From the IMG/VR virus record IMGVR_UViG_3300034072_001021, positions 1-64,000 of that record: a DNA stretch of 64,000 bases. One strand, written 5' to 3'. The notes under the pieces were generated by a model that saw only the letters and a program-made list of their open reading frames with translations, was not told the origin of the DNA and did no database searches. Below, piece after piece: positions 1 to 9,710 of this stretch (position 1 is the first letter of the stretch; each line of letters opens with the position of its first letter). The position numbers and the translations under genes were made by a program.

Positions 1-2
1 TC

Positions 3-131
3 AGTGCTCTGGTAGAGCGTGTTACTCTCTTGACCAATCCAGAGTTTGGCTTGAACAGCTTCAACATACACTTCGAAACCCCTTCACCCACCGAAAGAAA
101 GTACGAGAAACTAAAGGACCCTGCTAAATGA
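3..131 (+). CDS. 3' end of a gene entering the window (partial)
   Basis: Open frame SALVERVTLL...KLKDPAK* ends in TGA at 129-131, overlapping the next ATG (ATGA coupling). Confidence 0.55.
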   Translation, partial: SALVERVTLLTNPEFGLNSFNIHFETPSPTERKYEKLKDPAK

Positions 132-451
132 CGATAGCCCAGAAGAAACCCTTCCAGAAGCCGCAAGGTCAAGGTCAGCGTTTCAACTCCTTCGATCGCC
201 TGAAGGATGTTGCTCGTCCGCGTGCCGAAGATGACGCGGTCGTCCGTCGCAAACCCCAGCCTCAACCAGAACCTCTGGTATTCACTGGCCAACTCAACGC
301 CTGGTATAAGACCGAGCGCAACGGCCGTGAATCCCGAGTGTACCTGGTGGAAGTCAAGAAAGACGTGGCGTACTACAAGGAAAGTGCGGAAGACAAGCAC
401 AGCCAGCACATGAGCCTGGCTAAGTTCTTGAAGTTCTACAAGGCCGTCTGA
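128..451 (+). CDS. hypothetical protein, basic N-terminus
   Basis: 107-aa ORF with strong phage codon bias, followed by a terminator hairpin. Confidence 0.8.
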   Translation: MTIAQKKPFQKPQGQGQRFNSFDRLKDVARPRAEDDAVVRRKPQPQPEPLVFTGQLNAWYKTERNGRESRVYLVEVKKDVAYYKESAEDKHSQHMSLAKFLKFYKAV

Positions 452-453
452 TG

Positions 454-488
454 TGTAGCGGGGAGGGCTTCGGCTCTCCCCGCTATGC
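454..488 (+). terminator. stem-loop terminator (TTCG loop)
   Basis: TAGCGGGGAGGGC-TTCG-GCTCTCCCCGCTA followed by TGC; member of the conserved-arm hairpin family. Confidence 0.75.
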
Positions 489-510
489 GTCTTGACCTCC
501 AGGTGACGAA

Positions 511-759
511 TTGAAAAACATACCGATTATCTTAGTCACAGGTAGTAGGCTCGTGTTATCCAGACACAGTCCACTCAACACATACTTGGTCATCGAGGAT
601 TTCGACATTATTGAACATGTTTCCAAAGCAGGTGTCGATTTTAAAGATTTCTCAGGTACCGAGAAAGAAGCCACTGTGGCCCAGACCAAGTTAATGAACC
701 ATCTGATCAAATGTGGACTCATTCTTCCTGTTATTGAGGAGACCACTAAACCCCATTGA
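511..759 (+). CDS. hypothetical protein
   Basis: 82-aa ORF with TTG start; fits gene packing; shares a GTE...H[LM].. CGLI.P motif with 21068..21304. Confidence 0.6.
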   Translation: MKNIPIILVTGSRLVLSRHSPLNTYLVIEDFDIIEHVSKAGVDFKDFSGTEKEATVAQTKLMNHLIKCGLILPVIEETTKPH

Positions 760-1154
760 GGTGCATCGTGTATAGGAACGAAGTCAGTTTTATCATGTTT
801 CGTGGCATGTGGCTTGTAGCCACGCATTTCATTGTTGATCTTCAAACTGGCAAGCAGAACATTCGCTCCTATGACGGTGCCTTCTTCATGGGCAACAACA
901 TCACTAGAACGATGGTGATGTGGGAGTCTGAGAAACCAGCTACTTACGAGGAGATCTACGAACACGCTCCAGAACCGTGCATGCGACAGGAAGATTACCG
1001 TATTTACCTGGACATGCAGGAGAAAGTTTCTCGTCAATACGCTAAGGCCCAGGCCGAAGCAGCCAGGAAAGGTACGGAGTGGTTTCTTAGAGGGCTGGTC
1101 ATCCTCTTAGGTGCCGCACTGGTCGTTTATTCGCTCCATCTGATCCCCACCTAG
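756..1154 (+). CDS. hypothetical membrane protein (true start may be downstream)
   Basis: C-terminal hydrophobic segment WFLRGLVILLGAALVVYSLHLI. Confidence 0.65.
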   Translation: MRCIVYRNEVSFIMFRGMWLVATHFIVDLQTGKQNIRSYDGAFFMGNNITRTMVMWESEKPATYEEIYEHAPEPCMRQEDYRIYLDMQEKVSRQYAKAQAEAARKGTEWFLRGLVILLGAALVVYSLHLIPT

Positions 1155-1203
1155 TAAACAAAAAATAAACAAGGGTATCATGTAGATAACCAAAGGAGCG
1201 TTT

Positions 1204-1761
1204 ATGAACCAGTTCAAACAGGTCATTAACTTCGACAATCGTGGTGACCTCGAGGAAGCGTTCGCCAAAGGTCAGTTGAGCACTGACAGCCTCATTCGCG
1301 TGCTCGACGACGATGTGTTCTATCGTCTCGATCCGTCTGGTAAGGGCTTCATCGAGATCCAAGATCCGGCCTCGGAAGAGAACGACAACATCATGATCTG
1401 GTGGCAGGACAAGATTCATGTCCGCTGGAACAACATGCTGCGTGAGAAAGCCCAGACCGCAGAAATGCGCATCCCTGTACTGCCAGGTGCGATCACCATG
1501 GCGCTCGACACCATCAACGAAGGTACGCGCTTCGAGGGCCAGATGATCGTCCCTCTGCCGCTGCGTCATTCGTTCGATCCGGATGTGGTCAACGATGTAG
1601 TCGATAGTCAATCCCTGAAGAACATCCTGATGAAGCAATTCGTCGGTATTCCCTTCGAGATCTGCCACTACGACAAGATCAAGCACTATGGCGGCATCAT
1701 CACCACGCTCGATCTGCGTGAACCCGACCTGTGCCTGATGCGAGATCGCCTGAGTATCTGA
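1204..1761 (+). CDS. hypothetical protein
   Basis: AGGAG SD, 185 aa, strong codon bias. Confidence 0.8.
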   Translation: MNQFKQVINFDNRGDLEEAFAKGQLSTDSLIRVLDDDVFYRLDPSGKGFIEIQDPASEENDNIMIWWQDKIHVRWNNMLREKAQTAEMRIPVLPGAITMALDTINEGTRFEGQMIVPLPLRHSFDPDVVNDVVDSQSLKNILMKQFVGIPFEICHYDKIKHYGGIITTLDLREPDLCLMRDRLSI

Positions 1762-1764
1762 TTC

Positions 1765-2391
1765 ATGGAACTCTGGCAATCGATGGGCTTGCGCTGGAAG
1801 TTCATCTGGTGTGGTGTAGGTAGTCGTGAGGTGCCTGACGAGATCATTAAGCTTCAGATCTGGGTCGGGCACTGCATGGCATTGTTGGGTGGTGTCCTGT
1901 CCACTGGAGATGCTCCTGGATCGGACAGCAACTTTACAATCGGATATGAGCGTGGTAAGTCTGAAGACATGCCGCCTGCTCAGATCTACTACACCTGCCT
2001 TAAAAACCAAAAGGGATTGAGTCACGACCCCGTTAAAGGTTATCACGAAGCTGAACAGTATTCGACACACGAACACTCTAAGGCAATTGCGTTTAAAGCC
2101 AGAGGTTCTTTTGAAGGACTGTTTGCATCTGGCATTGGTCTTCATTCCCGTAACCCAATGCAAGTATTGAGTCACACACTCGAACATCCCGTTTGGATAA
2201 TCGTGTTTTACGCTCAGCCAGTCGGCAAACGTGGGAACGTAAAAGGTGGAACCAACACTGCTGTTAAAGTGGCCACCATGTACGACGTAAAGAAAGTGAA
2301 TCTTTACGTGGAAGAGCAGCGTGATAAGTTTGTCACTTGGCTCACCGATCAACTAAACAAGAAAGGCATACCAGTGCCTTCGATGGAGTAG
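1765..2391 (+). CDS. SLOG-superfamily (DprA/YpsA-like) nucleotide-binding protein
   Basis: Motifs WCGVGSREVP and LSTGDAPGSD resemble the SLOG G.GSR..P / SG.A.GAD signature. Confidence 0.6.
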   Translation: MELWQSMGLRWKFIWCGVGSREVPDEIIKLQIWVGHCMALLGGVLSTGDAPGSDSNFTIGYERGKSEDMPPAQIYYTCLKNQKGLSHDPVKGYHEAEQYSTHEHSKAIAFKARGSFEGLFASGIGLHSRNPMQVLSHTLEHPVWIIVFYAQPVGKRGNVKGGTNTAVKVATMYDVKKVNLYVEEQRDKFVTWLTDQLNKKGIPVPSME

Positions 2392-2393
2392 CA

Positions 2394-3059
2394 ATGTCGT
2401 CGAATAAAAAGGGATTCTTCCTGTGTCTTGAGGGGATCGATGGGGCTGGCAAGACCACGCTGCGCGAATGGATTGTCGAGTGGTTCAAGTCCCAAGGAAT
2501 TACCCCTGTCGTGACTCGTGAGCCTGGCGGTACACCGTTGGCCGAAAAGATCCGCAACATCATCCTGGCCGAACGTGACGAACACATGCCGCCGATGGCC
2601 GAAACTCATCTCTTCATGGCAGCTCGCTCCGTTCATCTGGAGAACCTGGTTAAGCCACGAGTTGAAGCAGGTGATCTGGTTATCAGTGATCGTTTCTGCG
2701 ACAGTACCTTCTGCTACCAGGGTGCTGGCCGGGGTATTCCACTCGGCCAACTGATCACCATGCACGAGATGAGTTTCGGTCGCACCTATCCGGATCTGAC
2801 TCTGGTACTCGACGGTCGTCCTGAAGTCTTCCGTGAGCGTATGGCCGTACGTGGTGAACAAGGTCTCAACCATTTCGACCGCATGGGTCAAGAATTCCAC
2901 GATGCATCTCGAGCAATGTACCGTGGTTTTGCAGAACAGTATCCTGAGCGCTACGCGTTGATCGATGCCGAGCAACCGTTCGATCAAGTCTGCTCCCAGG
3001 TGATCACTCACCTGATGCGTATCGATGGCATTGTTCGCCGCCGTCCTGAAGTTAACTGA
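2394..3059 (+). CDS. tmk: thymidylate (dTMP) kinase
   Basis: FLCLEGIDGAGKTT P-loop, TREPGGTPLAEKIR, ISDRF, YQG, PDLTLVLD; ATG at 2394 after GGAG. Confidence 0.95.
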   Translation: MSSNKKGFFLCLEGIDGAGKTTLREWIVEWFKSQGITPVVTREPGGTPLAEKIRNIILAERDEHMPPMAETHLFMAARSVHLENLVKPRVEAGDLVISDRFCDSTFCYQGAGRGIPLGQLITMHEMSFGRTYPDLTLVLDGRPEVFRERMAVRGEQGLNHFDRMGQEFHDASRAMYRGFAEQYPERYALIDAEQPFDQVCSQVITHLMRIDGIVRRRPEVN

Positions 3060-3061
3060 AT

Positions 3062-3093
3062 AGGAGAGTGGTGGCACTGCCACCACTCTCTTC
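3062..3093 (+). terminator. stem-loop terminator
   Basis: GAGAGTGGTGGC-ACT-GCCACCACTCTC directly after the tmk stop. Confidence 0.6.
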
Positions 3094-3114
3094 TGCCTTT
3101 TGACGGAGATAATC

Positions 3115-3507
3115 ATGTCTAACAAAGCACAGAAGCTGGCCGAGGCAATCACTGCAATTGAGACCAATATAACCTTGGTTGAGCAATTGGCTCAGGAAGC
3201 ACTGGCAGAAGGCGACTTCAATTTCGTTGATGACTTCCGTGATAAACGAGGTGGTAACCTTCAAGAAACGGGTGTCCTCATGGCAGCATTTGCCAAACGC
3301 ATGGCAGGTCATCTGAACACTCTCGGTAACGTCCTCTATATCCGCGAGATGGAAAGTACCAAGACGCCTTCCGACTGGCGCATGCACGCCGATAACGGCA
3401 AGAAGGTCGATGCTATCAAATCACTGAGGGAATGGACTGGTTCTAATTTCCTGTCCCTTTCCGAAGCTGTCAGCGTAGTTGACGCATATATCCAAAAACC
3501 GTTCTAA
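3115..3507 (+). CDS. hypothetical protein (possible ribosomal L7/L12-like C-terminal motif)
   Basis: GGAG SD; C-terminus KKVDAIKSLREWTGSNFLSLSEAVSVVD resembles the KI.AIK..R..TG..L.EA motif. Confidence 0.65.
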   Translation: MSNKAQKLAEAITAIETNITLVEQLAQEALAEGDFNFVDDFRDKRGGNLQETGVLMAAFAKRMAGHLNTLGNVLYIREMESTKTPSDWRMHADNGKKVDAIKSLREWTGSNFLSLSEAVSVVDAYIQKPF

Positions 3508-3517
3508 GGGGAACAAC

Positions 3518-4183
3518 ATGCACACATCTACTGTATCTTACCATCGTCTGTACTTCCGCAACATCGACAAGGCACCGAACGACTTCGCTCGTCTGGTTGA
3601 TGAGCTGGATATGGAAGCAACTGATCGTCCTGACGTGTTCGATATCGTCTTTGACGAGGGGTACTCTCTCTGTCTGGACGATGCCATCTATTCGCTGTTC
3701 CCTGAGAACAAGCTAGATGGTGATCCGGATAACTATCCCATCGAGCTATTGCTGTCGATGCTGAACACCATGGCACGGGATCAGGGCGTCAAGCTTCACA
3801 CCAACCTGTTCACCCGTACTGCCGAGAACGCTCCGTTCGATACTGACATTCAGCCAGATGAACTGTTCGACCTGATCAACACTCTCTCGAACGGTTACGA
3901 GCTGATCGGTATCTATACCGAGTGGGCGATGTTCAGCAACAAAAACGTATACGGTGCTCACAGCGGTGGTGCGGTGGTATCGACTCGTGAGTTCTCCCTG
4001 CCGACTACCATTCGTGGTGATCTGGCTGAAGAGATCATCATGAAGTTCTCCAACGAGTCCCCTGAAGAACTGGCTGACTTTTATGTCGACCAGTTCATCA
4101 AGCCTCGTATCGATCACATCGTCAGTGAACCTTTCAAGAACGCAGTCTTCGATGCCTTGCGGCGCCTGACAAGTTCTTGCTAG
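3518..4183 (+). CDS. hypothetical protein
   Basis: GGGG SD, ATG at 3518, phage codon bias. Confidence 0.8.
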   Translation: MHTSTVSYHRLYFRNIDKAPNDFARLVDELDMEATDRPDVFDIVFDEGYSLCLDDAIYSLFPENKLDGDPDNYPIELLLSMLNTMARDQGVKLHTNLFTRTAENAPFDTDIQPDELFDLINTLSNGYELIGIYTEWAMFSNKNVYGAHSGGAVVSTREFSLPTTIRGDLAEEIIMKFSNESPEELADFYVDQFIKPRIDHIVSEPFKNAVFDALRRLTSSC

Positions 4184-4187
4184 TCAA

Positions 4188-4220
4188 CATAGAGAGCGGC
4201 CTAGGCCGCTCTCTCTAAGC
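4188..4220 (+). terminator. conserved-arm stem-loop
   Basis: CATAGAGAGCGGC-CTAG-GCCGCTCTCT. Confidence 0.7.
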
Positions 4221-4232
4221 GTAGGACACGTC

Positions 4233-5039
4233 ATGGAAAACAAATACCTGGAGTGCATGGCAGAATGTAAACGTCGTGTAGACGAGCGCAAGAGCCGCAA
4301 GAAAGACCACATCACAGACTCTCTCGAAATCTTGAAGGGGTCGAAGCGATTCATCATCGACGATGTTGACGGACTTATCGATTTCGGTAAAGTCCACCGT
4401 GCAGACAACCTGATGCTCCCGTTCAAATCGGTGGCAATTGAAACTCAGGGGCTGCGCAAAGATCCAGAGAAGAACTGGATTGGCGATACTGTCACCATCG
4501 TTAAACAAGTATCTGACAAAGAAATCTCACTGGCCGTATATTCGCGGATCAATGCCGAGAAAAAATGGGGCCGTCTGATGTCAGAAATCACTGTCAAACT
4601 GAACGACCGTGGTCTGTTTGATATCGGTTGTCGTCTTGTCGGCCCTAAGCTGAAACGTAAAGAAAAGACTGCCACCCAACAGACCATCAAGAACTACGCT
4701 GGTTCGTTAACCGCCGTGGTCTTTGGACTTATCTCGTTCCTGCAGAGAGAACCTAACGAGATCGTTTCAAGCAAACAACAACGAGACCGTAACCCAAGTA
4801 CTGCTAAACTGCCAGCTAGCGCAGACGCGTACATGACAGTGGTACTCGATCCCACCAAACGCACCAAAGGCAAATCTAAGGGCGGTACTCATGCTTCCCC
4901 TAGAGCCCATGAAAGAAGAGGATTCTGGCGCACAAGTAAGTGCGGAGTTAAACACTGGGTAGGTCCCACTATCGTTAATCCTTCGGCAGGTGCCATGGTC
5001 GTTAAAGACTATGTCATCAGTACATCGTCTGCAGCTTGA
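4233..5039 (+). CDS. conserved phage hypothetical protein
   Basis: C-terminal PRAHERRGFWR...KHWVGPTIVN motif, a recurrent H.RRG.WR motif in phage proteins of unknown function. Confidence 0.7.
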   Translation: MENKYLECMAECKRRVDERKSRKKDHITDSLEILKGSKRFIIDDVDGLIDFGKVHRADNLMLPFKSVAIETQGLRKDPEKNWIGDTVTIVKQVSDKEISLAVYSRINAEKKWGRLMSEITVKLNDRGLFDIGCRLVGPKLKRKEKTATQQTIKNYAGSLTAVVFGLISFLQREPNEIVSSKQQRDRNPSTAKLPASADAYMTVVLDPTKRTKGKSKGGTHASPRAHERRGFWRTSKCGVKHWVGPTIVNPSAGAMVVKDYVISTSSAA

Positions 5040-5049
5040 GATTTAGGTT

Positions 5050-5730
5050 ATGGAAGAAGAAAACGTTATTCAATATGACACCTTGGAGCAAGAGTCGGCT
5101 GTGCTGGCCATGTTCCAAGATATCAAGAACCCCAATGCCAAAAAGGTAAAGAAACTCGCAGCACGGTTGCACAACGAACTTCCCCTCGATATCCAGAAGC
5201 GTCTGTGCCGCGATATCTATCGCGCCGACGATCCTGTCAAATACCTTAACTCGTGCATCAACAAGATCCATGATTGTGCCATCCTCGTTAAGCAGTTTAT
5301 CGAGGAAGGTAAGCACGGCATGATCTTCACTGGTAAGAATGGTACAGACATCTACCCCATTCAGTTGGATACACGTTCCAACTGGCTGGAAGAAGGTAAA
5401 CGCTGGGACCCTGAGCAAGAGATGATCATCCAGCACGAGTCCGTCAGTAGCTGGATGAAGGAACATGACAAAGGTTACTTCTTCGGCAAGGTAGTGTTGT
5501 TCCCTACGTTCGGTTTCTCTGGTGAGCCGCGTATCATCGAGATGTCCTGCGGCGACACTGAGGGCATGATCAAATACCCTGGCACTAACTTCTACGTCAA
5601 GAAAGGTGCTGACCTAGACGTGAAAGCTGTAGCCCGTGCTCAACTGGATCTGGCAGAACACCGTCGTCAGAAGTCGGCACTGCTCGAACAGCAACTTAAG
5701 GCAGAGTTTGCCAAACTTAACAAGGAGTAG
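5050..5730 (+). CDS. hypothetical protein
   Basis: 226-aa ORF, SD AGGT, C-terminal coiled-coil. Confidence 0.75.
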   Translation: MEEENVIQYDTLEQESAVLAMFQDIKNPNAKKVKKLAARLHNELPLDIQKRLCRDIYRADDPVKYLNSCINKIHDCAILVKQFIEEGKHGMIFTGKNGTDIYPIQLDTRSNWLEEGKRWDPEQEMIIQHESVSSWMKEHDKGYFFGKVVLFPTFGFSGEPRIIEMSCGDTEGMIKYPGTNFYVKKGADLDVKAVARAQLDLAEHRRQKSALLEQQLKAEFAKLNKE

Positions 5731-5732
5731 AC

Positions 5733-6359
5733 ATGTCTAACAAACTGTTCATCGAGAACAACCAGGCAGTACGCGATGGCATGACGCTCCGTCGTTTCAA
5801 CTGGGATGCATCTGGTGCGTACCACATGGATGAATGGATCATGGATCATCTGGATATCGCCGAAGAATGTCCTGAGGGCTATCGTCCGGCAACTATCCAC
5901 ATCGTCCCATACACGATCGCAAATGGTCAAATCGTCTACTGGGCGTTCTCAGGCGCTCAACTTGCCACGGTGTATTCGTCGTTGCTGATTGAACCGGTTG
6001 ACTTCGTGGCCCGTGACGAGCAGAAAGATCGTACCATGTCCTTCTGCAAGACGGTGATCGGCAAGATCCTGCGCGTACTGGATCAACACCACATCAGTCT
6101 CCGAGTGAAGACCAACCAATTCCATTTCCCTGCGGTGATCGACGGTGAAGTGGTATGGGCTGTTGAGATCAAGGCATCTACTGCTGAAGATGAGAAAAAT
6201 CTCATCCAGCAACTCGGCACACCAATCGGCCAAATGAGGGCGTTCGAATTCGACAATCCGATTGTCCAGTTCGACTCCCTGTCGATCAAGATCGTCAACT
6301 ACAAAAAGGACAACCCTTCGTCGAAAGACATGATGAAGGAACCTGAGGGGGATGTGTGA
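5733..6359 (+). CDS. hypothetical protein
   Basis: AGGAG SD, 208 aa. Confidence 0.75.
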   Translation: MSNKLFIENNQAVRDGMTLRRFNWDASGAYHMDEWIMDHLDIAEECPEGYRPATIHIVPYTIANGQIVYWAFSGAQLATVYSSLLIEPVDFVARDEQKDRTMSFCKTVIGKILRVLDQHHISLRVKTNQFHFPAVIDGEVVWAVEIKASTAEDEKNLIQQLGTPIGQMRAFEFDNPIVQFDSLSIKIVNYKKDNPSSKDMMKEPEGDV

Positions 6360-7084
6360 AATACGACAACGTCAGCGGGGCAATTGCGTTCCGTAAGCTA
6401 CTTGACCGTTACAACCATGACGATATCTTCCCGGAGGCTCGTCTGTCGCTCTACAGCATGGTCTCGGTAGTCGAGGCTTATCGCGTAATGAACGACTACC
6501 ATCCGGAAGGTATCGTTCCAGGCATTCGTTATGACGGTGTGATGCTGATTCGTGACAGCACTAACATCAGCATCAAGGACGGGCTGTACATGGACTGGAT
6601 CATCCAGGTCAAAGACAATCTCGACATGGTCTTTAAGGAGATTCGTGTTGCAGGGCGCCACGAGTCCATGAAACCCCTGATGGACGACCCTGCCCTGGTG
6701 CGGTTTGCTGATCAAGAAACAGACAGTCTTAATTTCAAGGATGTTCCTGCCGGCCTGGTGGTCGATCCGACTTATCTACTGACTGGCTATGCGGACTGTC
6801 TGGCTGCGTTGTTGTTCAATAACGACAACATCGTTGAAGTTGAACGGGCGATCACTGCACTGGATCTCGAGATCACGCAGAACATCGAAGTAGCTATCAA
6901 TGGGGTGATGCACTGTATCATCGAACCAGGTGACACACTGCGCATCGACGGGTGCCCTGATTCCTACGATTACATCAAGGTCTATGCTGTCATGGCTGCC
7001 ATGAGCCAGAAGATCTATTCGATGAATATCGTTCTGGATCGTGCGGCGGCGATATCGCCGATTTTCGCAGTCGAGCCTCTTTAA
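6356..7084 (+). CDS. hypothetical protein
   Basis: GTGA overlap with the upstream stop, 242 aa. Confidence 0.75.
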   Translation: MKYDNVSGAIAFRKLLDRYNHDDIFPEARLSLYSMVSVVEAYRVMNDYHPEGIVPGIRYDGVMLIRDSTNISIKDGLYMDWIIQVKDNLDMVFKEIRVAGRHESMKPLMDDPALVRFADQETDSLNFKDVPAGLVVDPTYLLTGYADCLAALLFNNDNIVEVERAITALDLEITQNIEVAINGVMHCIIEPGDTLRIDGCPDSYDYIKVYAVMAAMSQKIYSMNIVLDRAAAISPIFAVEPL

Positions 7085-7124
7085 AGATGGAAATGAGTGA
7101 TCTTATGACGTACAACCACGAGGT

Positions 7125-7640
7125 ATGATCATGGATCACTCATCTCCTGTCGTTTGGGCCAAACACCTTGTAAAGGCAGCCATTGAGTACTTCTGTGAAC
7201 GGAAGACTCGTTGCGGTATCCTGATCGATAACAGTATTCTTAAAGACGGTGTTCTGACCTCCATATCTGAACATCGTACAGACTTCATCATTTGCATAGC
7301 TCCTGGCTATGTGACTCAGATGGAGTATGGTCCGACGGAACTCGACATCACAGTCAAGTTTGATGACAGATGGCATGCCATGACGATCCCTTATGAAGCG
7401 ATCTTAATGGTGCTTGCTGTGGGCGCTAATAAGGTGGTCTCTGAAGAAGGCTACTTGAACATGATCAGTGTTCCGCCAGTCGTCTATCCCACCAACTCCA
7501 ATTATGTCCGTCGACAACAAGAATCTCGTCGCGTCATTGATGAGACTCAGGCTATTGAAGGTCAGCCGAAGCAGGAAGAACTGCTCTCTGACGTCAATGT
7601 CCATTTGTTCAATCGTCGTCGCAGTGATACAGGCTCGTAA
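7125..7640 (+). CDS. SspB-like protein lacking the C-terminal ClpX-binding tail
   Basis: FIICIAPGYVTQMEYGPTELDITVKFDDRWHAMTIPYEAILMV aligns by eye to SspB IVLNIAPRAV..LELGND..RF.ARFGG....V.VP..AVLAI; ends RRRSDTGS. Confidence 0.6.
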   Translation: MIMDHSSPVVWAKHLVKAAIEYFCERKTRCGILIDNSILKDGVLTSISEHRTDFIICIAPGYVTQMEYGPTELDITVKFDDRWHAMTIPYEAILMVLAVGANKVVSEEGYLNMISVPPVVYPTNSNYVRRQQESRRVIDETQAIEGQPKQEELLSDVNVHLFNRRRSDTGS

Positions 7641-7945
7641 TGATCAAACAACTATTTAACGACACCTTCGATGAAATGGAAGGTTTCACGCAAGACCTCG
7701 AGAAAGAAAAGTCGGTCACTGCATTGATTGAAATGAAGTCCCTGTGGCGGATCATGAAATCCGTACAGATCAAGTATGTCAAAGATCTAGACGAAGAGCG
7801 TCTGATTCGGTTGGATAGAATCGTTGCTCGTCTTGAGATCAAGGACGTAGTCGCTACAGCCTTCAGTGAACATGAAGTTGTTGGTATCCTTACAGGTTTC
7901 AAAGACACCTGTGGATTCCGGCACGAACAAGTTACATCGGAGTAA
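7640..7945 (+). CDS. hypothetical protein
   Basis: TAATG coupling, 101 aa. Confidence 0.7.
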   Translation: MIKQLFNDTFDEMEGFTQDLEKEKSVTALIEMKSLWRIMKSVQIKYVKDLDEERLIRLDRIVARLEIKDVVATAFSEHEVVGILTGFKDTCGFRHEQVTSE

Positions 7946-7980
7946 TCCGAATAAACCAGAAGCAACAATAAGGGGAAACC

Positions 7981-8634
7981 ATGAATATGCAAGTCATTCT
8001 GCCTGAGGATTCGAAGCCGAGCGTGTTCTTCGATCATCCGATCTGCTATATCAACGATTACGCAGCCGTTGAGCGTATCGTCGAGAAGATGACGAATATT
8101 CGCCAGTTCGTGGTGATCGCGGAGTCCGGTCTGAAGATCCCGCCCAAGATCAACCAGTACATCAAAGAGAAACGTGTCCAGGTGGTGCGCATTCGTGCGT
8201 CTGGTTCGTGGAACTCGCTGTATCGGCTCATTGCCGAATACGAGATCCTCAAGAACAAAGGCCAGTGCACGGAAGTAGAGGACATCATGTTCCTTTCCTT
8301 CCACAGCGCTCACGACATCTCGTCGGGCATGAAACGTCATCGAGCATTCGCTCAGTTGACCTGCCGTGAGCTGTACTACCTGTCGTTCATCGACAACCTC
8401 GATGTATCCATGGAAACGATCGAGCACACGCTGTCGATCATGCCGAACGTAGCCAGTTCGGTTTCCTACGGTGCGTTGTCGGTTGAACAACGTTTCAAGC
8501 TCAGTGCGTTTGAGTTCAGCCGCTACATGCGTCCTGTTCACTGCACTGAGTCGCTCGACCTTCTGTTCAAGGCCATCCCCTTCTACGAACGGAACCAGAA
8601 ACCTCTGGCTGAGCTGACCAAGCAGACCGCTTGA
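7981..8634 (+). CDS. hypothetical protein, possible degenerate LuxR-type HTH regulator
   Basis: GGGG SD, strong codon bias; LTCRELYYLSF...METIEHTLSIMP resembles the LuxR LT.RE..VL...S..EIA..L.IS pattern. Confidence 0.4.
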   Translation: MNMQVILPEDSKPSVFFDHPICYINDYAAVERIVEKMTNIRQFVVIAESGLKIPPKINQYIKEKRVQVVRIRASGSWNSLYRLIAEYEILKNKGQCTEVEDIMFLSFHSAHDISSGMKRHRAFAQLTCRELYYLSFIDNLDVSMETIEHTLSIMPNVASSVSYGALSVEQRFKLSAFEFSRYMRPVHCTESLDLLFKAIPFYERNQKPLAELTKQTA

Positions 8635-8666
8635 CATAGATGGGGGCTCACGCCCCCATCTATGCT
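8635..8666 (+). terminator. conserved-arm stem-loop
   Basis: CATAGATGGGGGC-TCAC-GCCCCCATCTATG, 13-bp perfect stem. Confidence 0.8.
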
Positions 8667-8716
8667 GTTTATTTGTAATAATCCATTTCATCTTTTGAAT
8701 ACATCGGGAGTATGCC

Positions 8717-8986
8717 ATGCAAGTTCATTATCAAGGTAAAGAAGGCAACCACATCTTCGCTTACAGTGACGGCGTCAAACTCGAACAGTGCCTGAAGTAC
8801 TGTCAGGAAAAGAACATTCCGTTCGCTACCCTACGCTTCGAAACCGATGACGATTCCGGTGGCGTCATCGTCATGGCTCCTGAGATCGAAGGTCGTGAAA
8901 ACGATCACGAATTCCTCATCGAGTACATCCGTAAGCACATGACCATCTTCAGTGAAGACCTGATCGCCAAGATCAAGCTTCCCTGA
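8717..8986 (+). CDS. hypothetical protein
   Basis: GGGAG SD, 89 aa. Confidence 0.75.
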   Translation: MQVHYQGKEGNHIFAYSDGVKLEQCLKYCQEKNIPFATLRFETDDDSGGVIVMAPEIEGRENDHEFLIEYIRKHMTIFSEDLIAKIKLP

Positions 8987-8997
8987 ACAAATAGGAG

Positions 8998-9492
8998 GTG
9001 TCCATGAAGATATTCGGCTTCGGCGCAAGCAAGTCGAACGGGACACCTCCAGCTCAGTCTCTTTATTCGCAAACTGGGCTGGAATATCGTCCGGCATTGG
9101 CAGGTCATCCTGTCCTCCGGATAGATTGGTTCCGTCGCATCCAATGGCCCAAAGCAGAAGGCCTGGATGAATTCCAAGCGATTCAGTACGAGAAGATCAT
9201 CAAGGACTTTGGTGATCGTGTCACAGGTACATCCAAATGGTTCACTATCTGTGATGTCGATAAAGTAATGGAGTTCTTTGGTATTGAGTTGAACGACTCG
9301 ACCAAGGAGATCCATCGTAAACTCCGTTGCCTTCACTGCGTACACTACGAGAACATACCTCCACATATCGTCGAGCAAATCCCGGACATGATGAACGCCA
9401 TCTTTACGGAAGGTGATTCACTGACCACGGTTGAAGGTGAGGTGGTTCGAGAAGAACCCAAACTCATTAAAAGCGAACAGGTAGAGAAATGA
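8998..9492 (+). CDS. hypothetical protein (likely start ATG 9004)
   Basis: AGGAGG SD, 164-aa ORF. Confidence 0.75.
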   Translation: MSMKIFGFGASKSNGTPPAQSLYSQTGLEYRPALAGHPVLRIDWFRRIQWPKAEGLDEFQAIQYEKIIKDFGDRVTGTSKWFTICDVDKVMEFFGIELNDSTKEIHRKLRCLHCVHYENIPPHIVEQIPDMMNAIFTEGDSLTTVEGEVVREEPKLIKSEQVEK

Positions 9493-9710
9493 GCGAAGAG
9501 CAGGAAGTAAAACTGAAACCAATCAAACACGTCACCGTCACCTACGAGAGCGGATGGCGTTATCCGGTAGGTCTCATCATACTGATGATGTACCTGTCTG
9601 GCATCGTACTCGCCAAGGGAGGGTGGGGTGTTACCTTCTCGATCGTCATTCCACCGTATGCGCTGTATCTGGTGGTCGAGCGTGTTATGCAGTTGATGGG
9701 GGTGACGTAA
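9489..9710 (+). CDS. small two-helix membrane protein
   Basis: GLIILMMYLSGIVLAKGGWGVTFSIVIPPYALYLVVE hydrophobic hairpin. Confidence 0.75.
   Translation: MSEEQEVKLKPIKHVTVTYESGWRYPVGLIILMMYLSGIVLAKGGWGVTFSIVIPPYALYLVVERVMQLMGVT

Noticed and set aside
6-84. tRNA-like fragments (GCTCTGGTAGAGC D-arm-like; TTCGAAACC T-loop-like)
   Set aside because: Spacing is too long, there is no acceptor stem or CCA, and the region reads as an open coding frame ending at 131.
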